From the NCBI RefSeq assembly GCF_009914755.1, contig NC_060934.1: a stretch of 64,000 nt of DNA, one strand, 5' to 3'. The notes below the pieces were generated by a model. The model worked only from the letters and a program-made list of their open reading frames with translations, did not search any database and was not told the DNA's origin. Of the stretch, positions 36,601-51,600 are shown piece after piece. Source of the stretch: the human T2T-CHM13v2.0 reference genome, Homo sapiens. The position numbers and the translations under genes are program-made. Position 1 is the first letter of the stretch. Every line of letters starts with the position of its first letter.

Positions 36601-39600
36601 ACTTCATTGAGGCCTTCGTTGGAAACGGGATTTCTTCATACAACGCTAGACAGAAGAATTCTCAGTAACTTCTTTGTGTTGTGTGTATTCAACTCACAGA
36701 GTTGAACCTTTCTTTAGAGAGAACAGAGTTGAAACACTCTGTTTTTGGAATTTGCAAGTGCAGATTTCAAGCGATTCTAGGCCTATGGCAGAAAAGGAAA
36801 TATCTTCGTAGAAAAACTACACAGAATCATTCTCAACAACTACTTTGTGATGTGTGCGTTCAACTCACAGAGTTTAACCTTTCTTTTCATAGAGCAGTTT
36901 GGAAACACTCTGTTTGTAAAGCCTGCAAGTGCTTTTTTGGACTTCATTGAGGCCTTCGTTGGAAACGGGATTTCTTCATATAACGCTAGACAGAAGAATT
37001 CTCAGTCACTTCTTTGTGTTGTGTGTATTCAAGTCACAGAGTTGAACCTTCCTTTAGACAGAGCAGTTTTGAAAAATTCTTTCTGTGGAATTTGCAAGTG
37101 GAGATTTCAAGCGATTTGAGGCTAATCTTTGAAATGGAAATATCTTCGTGTAAAAACTACACAGAATCATTCTCAGAAACTGCTTTGTCATCTGTGCGTT
37201 CAGTTCACAGAGTTTCACCTTTCTCTTCATAGAGCAGTTTGGAAAGACTCTGTCTGTAAAGTCTGCAAGTGATTAGTTAGACCCCTTTGAGACCTTCGTT
37301 GGAAGCGGGATTTCTCATTTACTGCTAGACAGAAGAATTCTCAGTAAATCCTTTGTGTTGTGTGTATTCAACTCACAGAGTGGAACCTTCCTTTATTCAG
37401 AGCAGTTTTGAAACAGTCTTTTTGTGGAATTTGCAAGTGGAGATTTCAAGCGATTTGACGCCAATCTTAGACATGGAAATATCTTCATATTAAAAGTACA
37501 CAGAGTCATTCGTAGAAACTAGTTTGTGATGTGTGCCTTCAACTCACAGAGTTTAACCTTTCTTTTCTTAGAGCAGTTGGGAAACACTCTATTTGTAAAG
37601 TCTGCAAGTGGATATTTGGACCTCTTTGAGGCCTTCGTTGGAAACGGGATTTCTTCATATAACGCAAGACAGAAGAATTCTCAGTAACTTCTTTGTGTTG
37701 TGTGTATTCAACTCACAGAGTTGAACCTTTCTTTAGAGGGAGCAGAGGTGAAACAGTCTTTTTGTGGAATTTGCTAGTGTAGATTTCAAACGCTTCGAAG
37801 TCAGTGATAGAAAAGGATATATCTTCGTATTAAAAGTAGACAAAATCATTCTCAGAAAACTCTTTGTGATGTGTGTGTTCAACTCACAGAGTTTAACCTT
37901 TCTTTAATCGAGCAGTTTGGAAATACACTCTTTGTAAGTCTGCAGGTGGATATTTGGCCCTCTTTGAGCCCTTCTTTGGAAACGGGATTTCCTCTTATAA
38001 TGCTAGACAGAAGAATTCTCAGTAACTTCTCTGTGTTGTTTGTATTCAACACACAGATTTGAACCTTCCTTTAGAGAGAGCAGATTTGAAACACTCTGTT
38101 TTTGGAATTTGCAAGTGCAGATTTCAAGCACTTCTAGGCCTATGGCAGAAAAGGAAATATCTTCGTATAAAAACTACACAGAATCATTCTCAACAACTAC
38201 TTTGTGATGTGTGCGTTCAACTCACAGAGTTTAACCTTTCTTTTCATAGAGCAGTTTGGAAACACTCTGTTTGTAAAGCCTGCAAGTGCTTTTTTGGACT
38301 TCATTGAGGCCTTCGTTGGAAACGGGATTTCTTCATACAACGCTAGACAGAAGAATTCTCAGTAACTTCTTTGTGTTATGTGTATTCAACTCACAGAGTT
38401 GAACCTTTCTTTAGAGGGAGCAGAGGTGAAACACTCTTTTTGTGGAATTTGCTAGTGTAGATTTCAAACGCTTCGAAGACAGTGATAGAAAAGGATATAT
38501 CTTCGTATTAAAAGTAGACAAAATCATTCTCAGAAAACTCTTTGTGATGTGTGTGTTCAACTCACAGAGTTTAACCTTTCTTTAATCGAGCAGTTTGGAA
38601 ATACACTCTTTGTAAGTCTGCAGGTGGATATTTGTCCCTCTTTGAGCCCTTCGTTGGAAACGGGATTTCCTCATATAATGCTAGACAGAAGAATTCTCAG
38701 TAACTTCTTTGTGTTGTTTGTATTCAACACACAGATTTGAACCTTCCTTTAGAGAGAGCAGATTTGAAACACTCTGTTTTTGGAATTTGCAAGTGCAGAT
38801 TTCAAGCGCTTCTAGGCCTATGGCAGAAAAGGAAATATCTTCGTATAAAAACTACACAGAATCATTCTCAACAACTACTTTGTGATGTGTGCGTTCAACT
38901 CACAGAGGTTAACCTTTCTTTTCAGAGAGCAGTTTGGAAACACTCTGTTTGTAAAGCCTGCAAGTGCTTTTTTGGACTTCATTGAGGCCTTCGTTGGAAA
39001 CGGGATTTCTTCATACAACGCTAGACAGAAGAATTCTCAGTAACTTCTTTGTGTTATGTGTATTCAACTCACAGAGTTGAACCTTTCTTTAGAGGGAGCA
39101 GAGGTGAAACACTCTTTTTGTGGAATTTGCTAGTGTAGATTTCAAACGCTTCGAAGTCAGTGATAGAAAAGGATATATCTTCGTATTAAAAGTAGACAAA
39201 ATCATTCTCAGAAAACTCTTTGTGATGTGTGTGTTCAACTCACAGAGTTTAACCTTTCTTTAATCGAGCAGTTTGGAAATACACTCTTTGTAAGTCTGCA
39301 GGTGGATATTTGTCCCTCTTTGAGCCCTTCGTTGGAAACGGGATTTCCTCATATAATGCTAGACAGAAGAATTCTCAGTAACTTCTTTGTGTTGTTTGTA
39401 TTCAACACACAGATTTGAACCTTCCTTTAGAGAGAGCAGATTTGAAACACTCTGTTTTTGGAATTTGCAAGTGCAGATTTCAAGCGCTTCTAGGCCTATG
39501 GCAGAAAAGGAAATATCTTCGTATAAAAACTACACAGAATCATTCTCAACAACTACTTTGTGATGTGTGCGTTCAACTCACAGAGGTTAACCTTTCTTTT

Positions 39601-42600
39601 CAGAGAGCAGTTTGGAAACACTCTGTTTGTAAAGCCTGCAAGTGCTTTTTTGGACTTCATTGAGGCCTTCGTTGGAAACGGGATTTCTTCATACAACGCT
39701 AGACAGAAGAATTCTCAGTAACTTCTTTGTGTTGTGTGTATTCAACTCACAGAGTTGAACCTTTCTTTAGAGAGAACAGAGTTGAAACACTCTGTTTTTG
39801 GAATTTGCAAGTGCAGATTTCAAGCGATTCTAGGCCTATGGCAGAAAAGGAAATATCTTCGTAGAAAAACTACACAGAATCATTCTCAACAACTACTTTG
39901 TGATGTGTGCGTTCAACTCACAGAGTTTAACCTTTCTTTTCATAGAGCAGTTTGGAAACACTCTGTTTGTAAAGCCTGCAAGTGCTTTTTTGGACTTCAT
40001 TGAGGCCTTCGTTGGAAACGGGATTTCTTCATATAACGCTAGACAGAAGAATTCTCAGTCACTTCTTTGTGTTGTGTGTATTCAAGTCACAGAGTTGAAC
40101 CTTCCTTTAGACAGAGCAGTTTTGAAAAATTCTTTCTGTGGACTTTGCAAGTGGAGATTTCAAGCGATTTGAGGCTAATCTTTGAAATGGAAATATCTTC
40201 GTGTAAAAACTACACAGAATCATTCTCAGAAACTGCTTTGTCATCTGTGCGTTCAGTTCACAGAGTTTCACCTTTCTCTTCATAGAGCAGTTTGGAAAGA
40301 CTCTGTCTGTAAAGTCTGCAAGTGATTAGTTAGACCCCTTTGAGACCTTCGTTGGAAGCGGGATTTCTCATTTACTGCTAGACAGAAGAATTCTCAGTAA
40401 ATCCTTTGTGTTGTGTGTATTCAACTCACAGAGTGGAACCTTCCTTTATTCAGAGCAGTTTTGAAACAGTCTTTTTGTGGAATTTGCAAGTGGAGATTTC
40501 AAGCGATTTGACGCCAATCTTAGACATGGAAATATCTTCATATTAAAAGTACACAGAGTCATTCGTAGAAACTAGTTTGTGATGTGTGCCTTCAACTCAC
40601 AGAGTTTAACCTTTCTTTTCATAGAGCAGTTGGGAAACACTCTATTTGTAAAGTCTGCAAGTGGATATTTGGACCTCTTTGAGGCCTTCGTTGGAAACGG
40701 GATTTCTTCATATAACGCTAGACAGAAGAATTCTCAGTAACTTCTTTGTGTTGTGTGTATTCAACTCACAGAGTTGAACCTTTCTTTAGAGGGAGCAGAG
40801 GTGAAACAGTCTTTTTGTGGAATTTGCTAGTGTAGATTTCAAACGCTTCGAAGTCAGTGATAGAAAAGGATATATCTTCGTATTAAAAGTAGACAAAATC
40901 ATTCTCAGAAAACTCTTTGCGATGTGTGTGTTCAACTCACAGAGTTTAACCTTTCTTTAATCGAGCAGTTTGGAAATACACTCTTTGTAAGTCTGCAGGT
41001 GGATATTTGGCCCTCTTTGAGCCCTTCTTTGGAAACGGGATTTCCTCTTATAATGCTAGACAGAAGAATTCTCAGTAACTTCTCTGTGTTGTTTGTATTC
41101 AACACACAGATTTGAACCTTCCTTTAGAGAGAGCAGATTTGAAACACTCTGTTTTTGGAATTTGCAAGTGCAGATTTCAAGCACTTCTAGGCCTATGGCA
41201 GAAAAGGAAATATCTTCGTATAAAAACTACACAGAATCATTCTCAACAACTACTTTGTGATGTGTGCGTTCAACTCACAGAGTTTAACCTTTCTTTTCAT
41301 AGAGCAGTTTGGAAACACTCTGTTTGTAAAGCCTGCAAGTGCTTTTTTGGACTTCATTGAGGCCTTCGTTGGAAACGGGATTTCTTCATACAACGCTAGA
41401 CAGAAGAATTCTCAGTAACTTCTTTGTGTTATGTGTATTCAACTCACAGAGTTGAACCTTTCTTTAGAGGGAGCAGAGGTGAAACACTCTTTTTGTGGAA
41501 TTTGCTAGTGTAGATTTCAAACGCTTCGAAGACAGTGATAGAAAAGGATATATCTTCGTATTAAAAGTAGACAAAATCATTCTCAGAAAACTCTTTGTGA
41601 TGTGTGTGTTCAACTCACAGAGTTTAACCTTTCTTTAATCGAGCAGTTTGGAAATACACTCTTTGTAAGTCTGCAGGTGGATATTTGTCCCTCTTTGAGC
41701 CCTTCGTTGGAAACGGGATTTCCTCATATAATGCTAGACAGAAGAATTCTCAGTAACTTCTTTGTGTTGTTTGTATTCAACACACAGATTTGAACCTTCC
41801 TTTAGAGAGAGCAGATTTGAAACACTCTGTTTTTGGAATTTGCAAGTGCAGATTTCAAGCGCTTCTAGGCCTATGGCAGAAAAGGAAATATCTTCGTATA
41901 AAAACTACACAGAATCATTCTCAACAACTACTTTGTGATGTGTGCGTTCAACTCACAGAGGTTAACCTTTCTTTTCAGAGAGCAGTTTGGAAACACTCTG
42001 TTTGTAAAGCCTGCAAGTGCTTTTTTGGACTTCATTGAGGCCTTCGTTGGAAACGGGATTTCTTCATACAACGCTAGACAGAAGAATTCTCAGTAACTTC
42101 TTTGTGTTGTGTGTATTCAACTCACAGAGTTGAACCTTTCTTTAGAGAGAACAGAGTTGAAACACTCTGTTTTTGGAATTTGCAAGTGCAGATTTCAAGC
42201 GATTCTAGGCCTATGGCAGAAAAGGAAATATCTTCGTAGAAAAACTACACAGAATCATTCTCAACAACTACTTTGTGATGTGTGCATTCAACTCACAGAG
42301 TTTAACCTTTCTTTTCATAGAGCAGTTTGGAAACACTCTGTTTGTAAAGCCTGCAAGTGCTTTTTTGGACTTCATTGAGGCCTTCGTTGGAAACGGGATT
42401 TCTTCATATAACGCTAGACGGAAGAATTCTCAGTCACTTCTTTGTGTTGTGTGTATTCAAGTCACAGAGTTGAACCTTCCTTTAGACAGAGCAGTTTTGA
42501 AAAATTCTTTCTGTGGAATTTGCAAGTGGAGATTTCAAGCGATTTGAGGCTAATCTTTGAAATGGAAATATCTTCGTGTAAAAACTACACAGAATCATTC

Positions 42601-45600
42601 TCAGAAACTGCTTTGTCATCTGTGCGTTCAGTTCACAGAGTTTCACCTTTCTCTTCATAGAGCAGTTTGGAAAGACTCTGTCTGTAAAGTCTGCAAGTGA
42701 TTAGTTAGACCCCTTTGAGACCTTCGTTGGAAGCGGGATTTCTCATTTACTGCTAGACAGAAGAATTCTCAGTAAATCCTTTGTGTTGTGTGTATTCAAC
42801 TCACAGAGTGGAACCTTCCTTTATTCAGAGCAGTTTTGAAACAGTCTTTTTGTGGAATTTGCAAGTGGAGATTTCAAGCGATTTGACGCCAATCTTAGAC
42901 ATGGAAATATCTTCATATTAAAAGTACACAGAGTCATTCGTAGAAACTAGTTTGTGATGTGTGCCTTCAACTCACAGAGTTTAACCTTTCTTTTCATAGA
43001 GCAGTTGGGAAACACTCTATTTGTAAAGTCTGCAAGTGGATATTTGGACCTCTTTGAGGCCTTCGTTGGAAACGGGATTTCTTCATATAACGCTAGACAG
43101 AAGAATTCTCAGTAACTTCTTTGTGTTGTGTGTATTCAACTCACAGAGTTGAACCTTTCTTTAGAGGGAGCAGAGGTGAAACAGTCTTTTTGTGGAATTT
43201 GCTAGTGTAGATTTCAAACGCTTCGAAGTCAGTGATAGAAAAGGATATATCTTCGTATTAAAAGTAGACAAAATCATTCTCAGAAAACTCTTTGTGATGT
43301 GTGTGTTCAACTCACAAAGTTTAACCTTTCTTTAATCGAGCAGTTTGGAAATACACTCTTTGTTAGTCTGCAGGTGGATATTTGGCCCTCTTTGAGCCCT
43401 TCTTTGGAAACGGGATTTCCTCTTATAATGCTAGACAGAAGAATTCTCAGTAACTTCTCTGTGTTGTTTGTATTCAACACACAGATTTGAACCTTCCTTT
43501 AGAGAGAGCAGATTTGAAACACTCTGTTTTTGGAATTTGCAAGTGCAGATTTCAAGCACTTCTAGGCCTATGGCAGAAAAGGAAATATCTTCGTATAAAA
43601 ACTACACAGAATCATTCTCAACAACTACTTTGTGATGTGTGCGTTCAACTCACAGAGTTTAACCTTTCTTTTCATAGAGCAGTTTGGAAACACTCTGTTT
43701 GTAAAGCCTGCAAGTGCTTTTTTGGACTTCATTGAGGCCTTCGTTGGAAACGGGATTTCTTCATACAACGCTAGACAGAAGAATTCTCAGTAACTTCTTT
43801 GTGTTATGTGTATTCAACTCACAGAGTTGAACCTTTCTTTAGAGGGAGCAGAGGTGAAACACTCTTTTTGTGGAATTTGCTAGTGTAGATTTCAAACGCT
43901 TCGAAGACAGTGATAGAAAAGGATATATCTTCGTATTAAAAGTAGACAAAATCATTCTCAGAAAACTCTTTGTGATGTGTGTGTTCAACTCACAGAGTTT
44001 AACCTTTCTTTAATCGAGCAGTTTGGAAATACACTCTTTGTAAGTCTGCAGGTGGATATTTGTCCCTCTTTGAGCCCTTCGTTGGAAACGGGATTTCCTC
44101 ATATAATGCTAGACAGAAGAATTCTCAGTAACTTCTTTGTGTTGTTTGTATTCAACACACAGATTTGAACCTTCCTTTAGAGAGAGCAGATTTGAAACAC
44201 TCTGTTTTTGGAATTTGCAAGTGCAGATTTCAAGCGCTTCTAGGCCTATGGCAGAAAAGGAAATATCTTCGTATAAAAACTACACAGAATCATTCTCAAC
44301 AACTACTTTGTGATGTGTGCGTTCAACTCACAGAGGTTAACCTTTCTTTTCAGAGAGCAGTTTGGAAACACTCTGTTTGTAAAGCCTGCAAGTGCTTTTT
44401 TGGACTTCATTGAGGCCTTCGTTGGAAACGGGATTTCTTCATACAACGCTAGACAGAAGAATTCTCAGTAACTTCTTTGTGTTGTGTGTATTCAACTCAC
44501 AGAGTTGAACCTTTCTTTAGAGAGAACAGAGTTGAAACACTCTGTTTTTGGAATTTGCAAGTGCAGATTTCAAGCGATTCTAGGCCTATGGCAGAAAAGG
44601 AAATATCTTCGTAGAAAAACTACACAGAATCATTCTCAACAACTACTTTGTGATGTGTGCGTTCAACTCACAGAGTTTAACCTTTCTTTTCATAGAGCAG
44701 TTTGGAAACACTCTGTTTGTAAAGCCTGCAAGTGCTTTTTTGGACTTCATTGAGGCCTTCGTTGGAAACGGGATTTCTTCATATAACGCTAGACAGAAGA
44801 ATTCTCAGTCACTTCTTTGTGTTGTGTGTATTCAAGTCACAGAGTTGAACCTTCCTTTAGACAGAGCAGTTTTGAAAAATTCTTTCTGTGGACTTTGCAA
44901 GTGGAGATTTCAAGCGATTTGAGGCTAATCTTTGAAATGGAAATATCTTCGTGTAAAAACTACACAGAATCATTCTCAGAAACTGCTTTGTCATCTGTGC
45001 GTTCAGTTCACAGAGTTTCACCTTTCTCTTCATAGAGCAGTTTGGAAAGACTCTGTCTGTAAAGTCTGCAAGTGATTAGTTAGACCCCTTTGAGACCTTC
45101 GTTGGAAGCGGGATTTCTCATTTACTGCTAGACAGAAGAATTCTCAGTAAATCCTTTGTGTTGTGTGTATTCAACTCACAGAGTGGAACCTTCCTTTATT
45201 CAGAGCAGTTTTGAAACAGTCTTTTTGTGGAATTTGCAAGTGGAGATTTCAAGCGATTTGACGCCAATCTTAGACATGGAAATATCTTCATATTAAAAGT
45301 ACACAGAGTCATTCGTAGAAACTAGTTTGTGATGTGTGCCTTCAACTCACAGAGTTTAACCTTTCTTTTCATAGAGCAGTTGGGAAACACTCTATTTGTA
45401 AAGTCTGCAAGTGGATATTTGGACCTCTTTGAGGCCTTCGTTGGAAACGGGATTTCTTCATATAACGCTAGACAGAAGAATTCTCAGTAACTTCTTTGTG
45501 TTGTGTGTATTCAACTCACAGAGTTGAACCTTTCTTTAGAGGGAGCAGAGGTGAAACAGTCTTTTTGTGGAATTTGCTAGTGTAGATTTCAAACGCTTCG

Positions 45601-48600
45601 AAGTCAGTGATAGAAAAGGATATATCTTCGTATTAAAAGTAGACAAAATCATTCTCAGAAAACTCTTTGTGATGTGTGTGTTCAACTCACAGAGTTTAAC
45701 CTTTCTTTAATCGAGCAGTTTGGAAATACACTCTTTGTAAGTCTGCAGGTGGATATTTGGCCCTCTTTGAGCCCTTCTTTGGAAACGGGATTTCCTCTTA
45801 TAATGCTAGACAGAAGAATTCTCAGTAACTTCTCTGTGTTGTTTGTATTCAACACACAGATTTGAACCTTGCTTTAGAGAGAGCAGATTTGAAACACTCT
45901 GTTTTTGGAATTTGCAAGTGCAGATTTCAAGCACTTCTAGGCCTATGGCAGAAAAGGAAATATCTTCGTATAAAAACTACACAGAATCATTCTCAACAAC
46001 TACTTTGTGATGTGTGCGTTCAACTCACAGAGTTTAACCTTTCTTTTCATAGAGCAGTTGGGAAACACTCTGTTTGTAAAGCCTGCAAGTGCTTTTTTGG
46101 ACTTCATTGAGGCCTTCGTTGGAAACGGGATTTCTTCATACAACGCTAGACAGAAGAATTCTCAGTAACTTCTTTGTGTTATGTGTATTCAACTCACAGA
46201 GTTGAACCTTTCTTTAGAGGGAGCAGAGGTGAAACACTCTTTTTGTGGAATTTGCTAGTGTAGATTTCAAACGCTTCGAAGACAGTGATAGAAAAGGATA
46301 TATCTTCGTATTAAAAGTAGACAAAATCATTCTCAGAAAACTCTTTGTGATGTGTGTGTTCAACTCACAGAGTTTAACCTTTCTTTAATCGAGCAGTTTG
46401 GAAATACACTCTTTGTAAGTCTGCAGGTGGATATTTGTCCCTCTTTGAGCCCTTCGTTGGAAACGGGATTTCCTCATATAATGCTAGACAGAAGAATTCT
46501 CAGTAACTTCTTTGTGTTGTTTGTATTCAACACACAGATTTGAACCTTCCTTTAGAGAGAGCAGATTTGAAACACTCTGTTTTTGGAATTTGCAAGTGCA
46601 GATTTCAAGCGCTTCTAGGCCTATGGCAGAAAAGGAAATATCTTCGTATAAAAACTACAGAGAATCATTCTCAACAACTACTTTGTGATGTGTGCGTTCA
46701 ACTCACAGAGGTTAACCTTTCTTTTCAGAGAGCAGTTTGGAAACACTCTGTTTGTAAAGCCTGCAAGTGCTTTTTTGGACTTCATTGAGGCCTTCGTTGG
46801 AAACGGGATTTCTTCATACAACGCTAGACAGAAGAATTCTCAGTAACTTCTTTGTGTTGTGTGTATTCAACTCACAGAGTTGAACCTTTCTTTAGAGAGA
46901 ACAGAGTTGAAACACTCTGTTTTTGGAATTTGGAAGTGCAGATTTCAAGCGATTCTAGGCCTATGGCAGAAAAGGAAATATCTTCGTAGAAAAACTACAC
47001 AGAATCATTCTCAACAACTACTTTGTGATGTGTGCGTTCAACTCACAGAGTTTAACCTTTCTTTTCATAGAGCAGTTTGGAAACACTCTGTTTGTAAAGC
47101 CTGCAAGTGCATTTTTGGACTTCATTGAGGCCTTCGTTGGAAACGGGATTTCTTCATATAACGCTAGACAGAAGAATTCTCAGTCACTTCTTTGTGTTGT
47201 GTGTATTCAAGTCACAGAGTTGAACCTTCCTTTAGACAGAGCAGTTTTGAAAAATTCTTTCTGTGGAATTTGCAAGTGGAGATTTCAAGCGATTTGAGGC
47301 TAATCTTTGAAATGGAAATATCTTCGTGTAAAAACTACACAGAATCATTCTCAGAAACTGCTTTGTCATCTGTGCGTTCAGTTCACAGAGTTTCACCTTT
47401 CTCTTCATAGAGCAGTTTGGAAAGACTCTGTCTGTAAAGTCTGCAAGTGATTAGTTAGACCCCTTTGAGACCTTCGTTGGAAACGGGATTTCTCATTTAC
47501 TGCTAGACAGAAGAATTCTCAGTAAATCCTTTGTGTTGTGTGTATTCAACTCACAGAGTGGAACCTTCCTTTATTCAGAGCAGTTTTGAAACAGTCTTTT
47601 TGTGGAATTTGCAAGTGGAGATTTCAAGCGATTTGACGCCAATCTTAGACATGGAAATATCTTCATATTAAAAGTACACAGAGTCATTCGTAGAAACTAG
47701 TTTGTGATGTGTGCCTTCAACTCACAGAGTTTAACCTTTCTTTTCATAGAGCAGTTGGGAAACACTCTATTTGTAAAGTCTACAAGTGGATATTTGGACC
47801 TCTTTGAGGCCTTCGTTGGAAACGGGATTTCTTCATATAACGCTAGACAGAAGAATTCTCAGTAACTTCTTTGTGTTGTGTGTATTCAACTCACAGAGTT
47901 GAACCTTTCTTTAGAGGGAGCAGAGGTGAAACAGTCTTTTTGTGGAATTTGCTAGTGTAGATTTCAAACGCTTCGAAGTCAGTGATAGAAAAGGATATAT
48001 CTTCGTATTAAAAGTAGACAAAATCATTCTCAGAAAACTCTTTGTGATGTGTGTGTTCAACTCACAGAGTTTAACCTTTCTTTAATCGAGCAGTTTGGAA
48101 ATACACTCTTTGTAAGTCTGCAGGTGGATATTTGGCCCTCTTTGAGCCCTTCTTTGGAAACGGGATTTCCTCTTATAATGCTAGACAGAAGAATTCTCAG
48201 TAACTTCTCTGTGTTGCTTGTATTCAACACACAGATTTGAACCTTCCTTTAGAGAGAGCAGATTTGAAACACTCTGTTTTTGGAATTTGCAAGTGCAGAT
48301 TTCAAGCACTTCTATGCCTATGGCAGAAAAGGAAATATCTTCGTATAAAAACTACACAGAATCATTCTCAACAACTACTTTGTGATGTGTGCGTTCAACT
48401 CACAGAGTTTAACCTTTCTTTTCATAGAGCAGTTTGGAAACACTCTGTTTGTAAAGCCTGCAAGTGCTTTTTTGGACTTCATTGAGGCCTTCGTTGGAAA
48501 CGGGATATCTTCATACAACGCTAGACAGAAGAATTCTCAGTAACTTCTTTGTGTTATGTGTATTCAACTCACAGAGTTGAACCTTTCTTTAGAGGGAGCA

Positions 48601-51600
48601 GAGGTGAAACACTCTTTTTGTGGAATTTGCTAGTGTAGATTTCAAACGCTTCGAAGACAGTGATAGAAAAGGATATATCTTCGTATTAAAAGTAGACAAA
48701 ATCATTCTCAGAAAACTCTTTGTGATGTGTGTGTTCAACTCACAGAGTTTAACCTTTCTTTAATCGAGCAGTTTGGAAATACACTCTTTGTAAGTCTGCA
48801 GGTGGATATTTGTCCCTCTTTGAGCCCTTCGTTGGAAACGGGATTTCCTCATATAATGCTAGACAGAAGAATTCTCAGTAACTTCTTTGTGTTGTTTGTA
48901 TTCAACACACAGATTTGAACCTTCCTTTAGAGAGAGCAGATTTGAAACACTCTGTTTTTGGAATTTGCAAGTGCAGATTTCAAGCGCTTCTAGGCCTATG
49001 GCAGAAAAGGAAATATCTTCGTATAAAAACTACACAGAATCATTCTCAACAACTACTTTGTGATGTGTGCGTTCAACTCACAGAGGTTAACCTTTCTTTT
49101 CAGAGAGCAGTTTGGAAACACTCTGTTTGTAAAGCCTGCAAGTGCTTTTTTGGACTTCATTGAGGCCTTCGTTGGAAACGGGATTTCTTCATACAACGCT
49201 AGACAGAAGAATTCTCAGTAACTTCTTTGTGTTGTGTGTATTCAACTCACAGATTTGAAGCTTTCTTTAGAGAGAGCAGAGTTGAAACACTCCGTTTTTG
49301 GAATTTGCAAGTGCAGTTTTCAAGCGATTCCAGGCCTATGGCAGAAAAGGAAGTATCTTCGTATAAAAACTACACAGAATCATCCTCAACAACTACTTTG
49401 TGATGTGTGCGTTCAACTCACAGAGTTTAACCTTTCTTTTCATAGAGCAGTTTGGAAACACTCTGTTTGTAAAGCCTGCAAGTGCTTTTTTGGACTTCAT
49501 TGAGGCCTTCGTTGGAAACGGGATTTCTTCATACAATGCTAGACAGAAGAATTCTCAGTAACTTCTTTGCGTTGTGTGTATTCAACTCACAGAGTTGAAC
49601 CTTTCTTTAGAGAGAGCAGAGTTGAAACACTCTGTTTTTGGAATTTGCAAGTGCAGATTTCAAGCGATTCTAGGCCTATGGCAGAAAAGTAAATATCTTC
49701 GTATAAAAACTACACAGAATCATTCTCAACAACTACTTTGTGATGTGTGCGTTCAACTCACAGAGTTTAACCTTTCTTTTCATAGAGCAGTTTGGAAACA
49801 CTGATTGTAAAGCCTGCAAGTGCTTTTTTGGACTTCATTGAGGCCTTCGTTGGAAACGGGATTTCTTCATATAATGCTAGACAGAAGAATTCTCAGTCAC
49901 TTCTTTGTGTTGTGTGTATTCAAGTCACAGAGTTGAACCTTCCTTTAGACAGAGCAGTTTTGAAAAATTCTTTCTGTGGAGTTTGCAAGTGGAGATTTCC
50001 AGCGATTTGAGGCTAATCTTTGAAATGGAAATAGCTTCGTGTAAAAACTAAACAGAATCATTCTCAGAAACTGCTTTGTCTTCTGTGCGTTCAGTTCACA
50101 GAGTTTCACCTTTCTCTTCATAGAGCAGTTTGGAAAGACTCTGTCTGTAAAGTCTGCAAGTGATTAGTTAGACCCCTTTGAGGCCTTCGTTGGAAGCGGG
50201 ATTTCTCATTTACTGCTAGACAGAAGAATTCTCAGTAAATCCTTTGTGTTGTGTGTATTCAACTCACAGAGTGGAACCTTCCTTTATTCAGAGCAGTTTT
50301 GAAACACTCTTTTTGTGGAATTTGCAAGTGGAGATTTCAAGCGATTTGACGCCAATCTTAGACATGGAAATATCTTCATATTAAAAGTACACAGAGTCAT
50401 TCGTAGAAACTAGTTTGTGATGTGTGCCTTCAACTCACAGAGTTTAACCTTTCTTTTCATAGAGCAGTTGGGAAACACTCTATTTGTAAAGTCTGCAAGT
50501 GGATATTTGGACCTCTTTGAGGCCTTCGTTGGAAACGGGATTTCTTCATATAACGCTAGACAGAAGAATTCTCAGTAACTTCTTTGTGTTGTGTGTATTC
50601 AACTCACAGAGTTGAACCTTTCTTTAGAGGGAGCAGAGGTGAAACAGTCTTTTTGTGGAATTTGCTAGTGTAGATTTCAAACGCTTCGAAGTCAGTGATA
50701 GAAAAGGATATATCTTCGTATTAAAAGTAGACAAAATCATTCTCAGAAAACTCTTTGTGATGTGTGTGTTCAAGTCACAGAGTTTAACCTTTCTTTAATC
50801 GAGCAGTTTGGAAATACAGTCTTTGTAAGTCTGCAGGTGGATATTTGGCCCTCTTTGAGCCCTTCTTTGGAAACGGGATTTCCTCTTATAATGCTAGACA
50901 GAAGAATTCTCAGTAACTTCTCTGTGTTGTTTGTATTCAACACACAGATTTGAACCTTCCTTTAGAGAGAGCAGATTTGAAACACTCTGTTTTTGGAATT
51001 TGCAAGTGCAGATTTCAAGCACTTCTAGGCCTATGGCAGAAAAGGAAATATCTTCGTATAAAAACTACACAGAATCATTCTCAACAACTACTTTGTGATG
51101 TGTGCGTTCAACTCAGAGTTTAACCTTTCTTTTCATAGAGCAGTTTGGAAACACTCTGTTTGTAAAGCCTGCAAGTGCTTTTTTGGACTTCATTGAGGCC
51201 TTCGTTGGAAACGGGATTTCTTCATACAACGCTAGACAGAAGAATTCTCAGTAACTTCTTTGTGTTGTGTGTATTCAACTCACAGAGTTGAACCTTTCTT
51301 TAGAGGGAGCAGAGGTGAAACACTCTTTTTGTGGAGTTTGCTAGTGTAGATTTCAAACGCTTCGAAGACAGTGATAGAAAAGGATATATCTTCGTATTAA
51401 AAGTAGACAAAATCATTCTCAGAAAACTCTTTGTGATGTGTGTGTTCAACTCACAGAGTTTAACCTTTCTTTAATCGAGCAGTTTGGAAATACACTCTTT
51501 GTAAGTCTGCAGGTGGATATTTGGCCCTCTTTGAGCCCTTCGTTGGAAACGGGATTTCCTCATATAATGCTAGACAGAAGAATTCTCAGTAACTTCTTTG

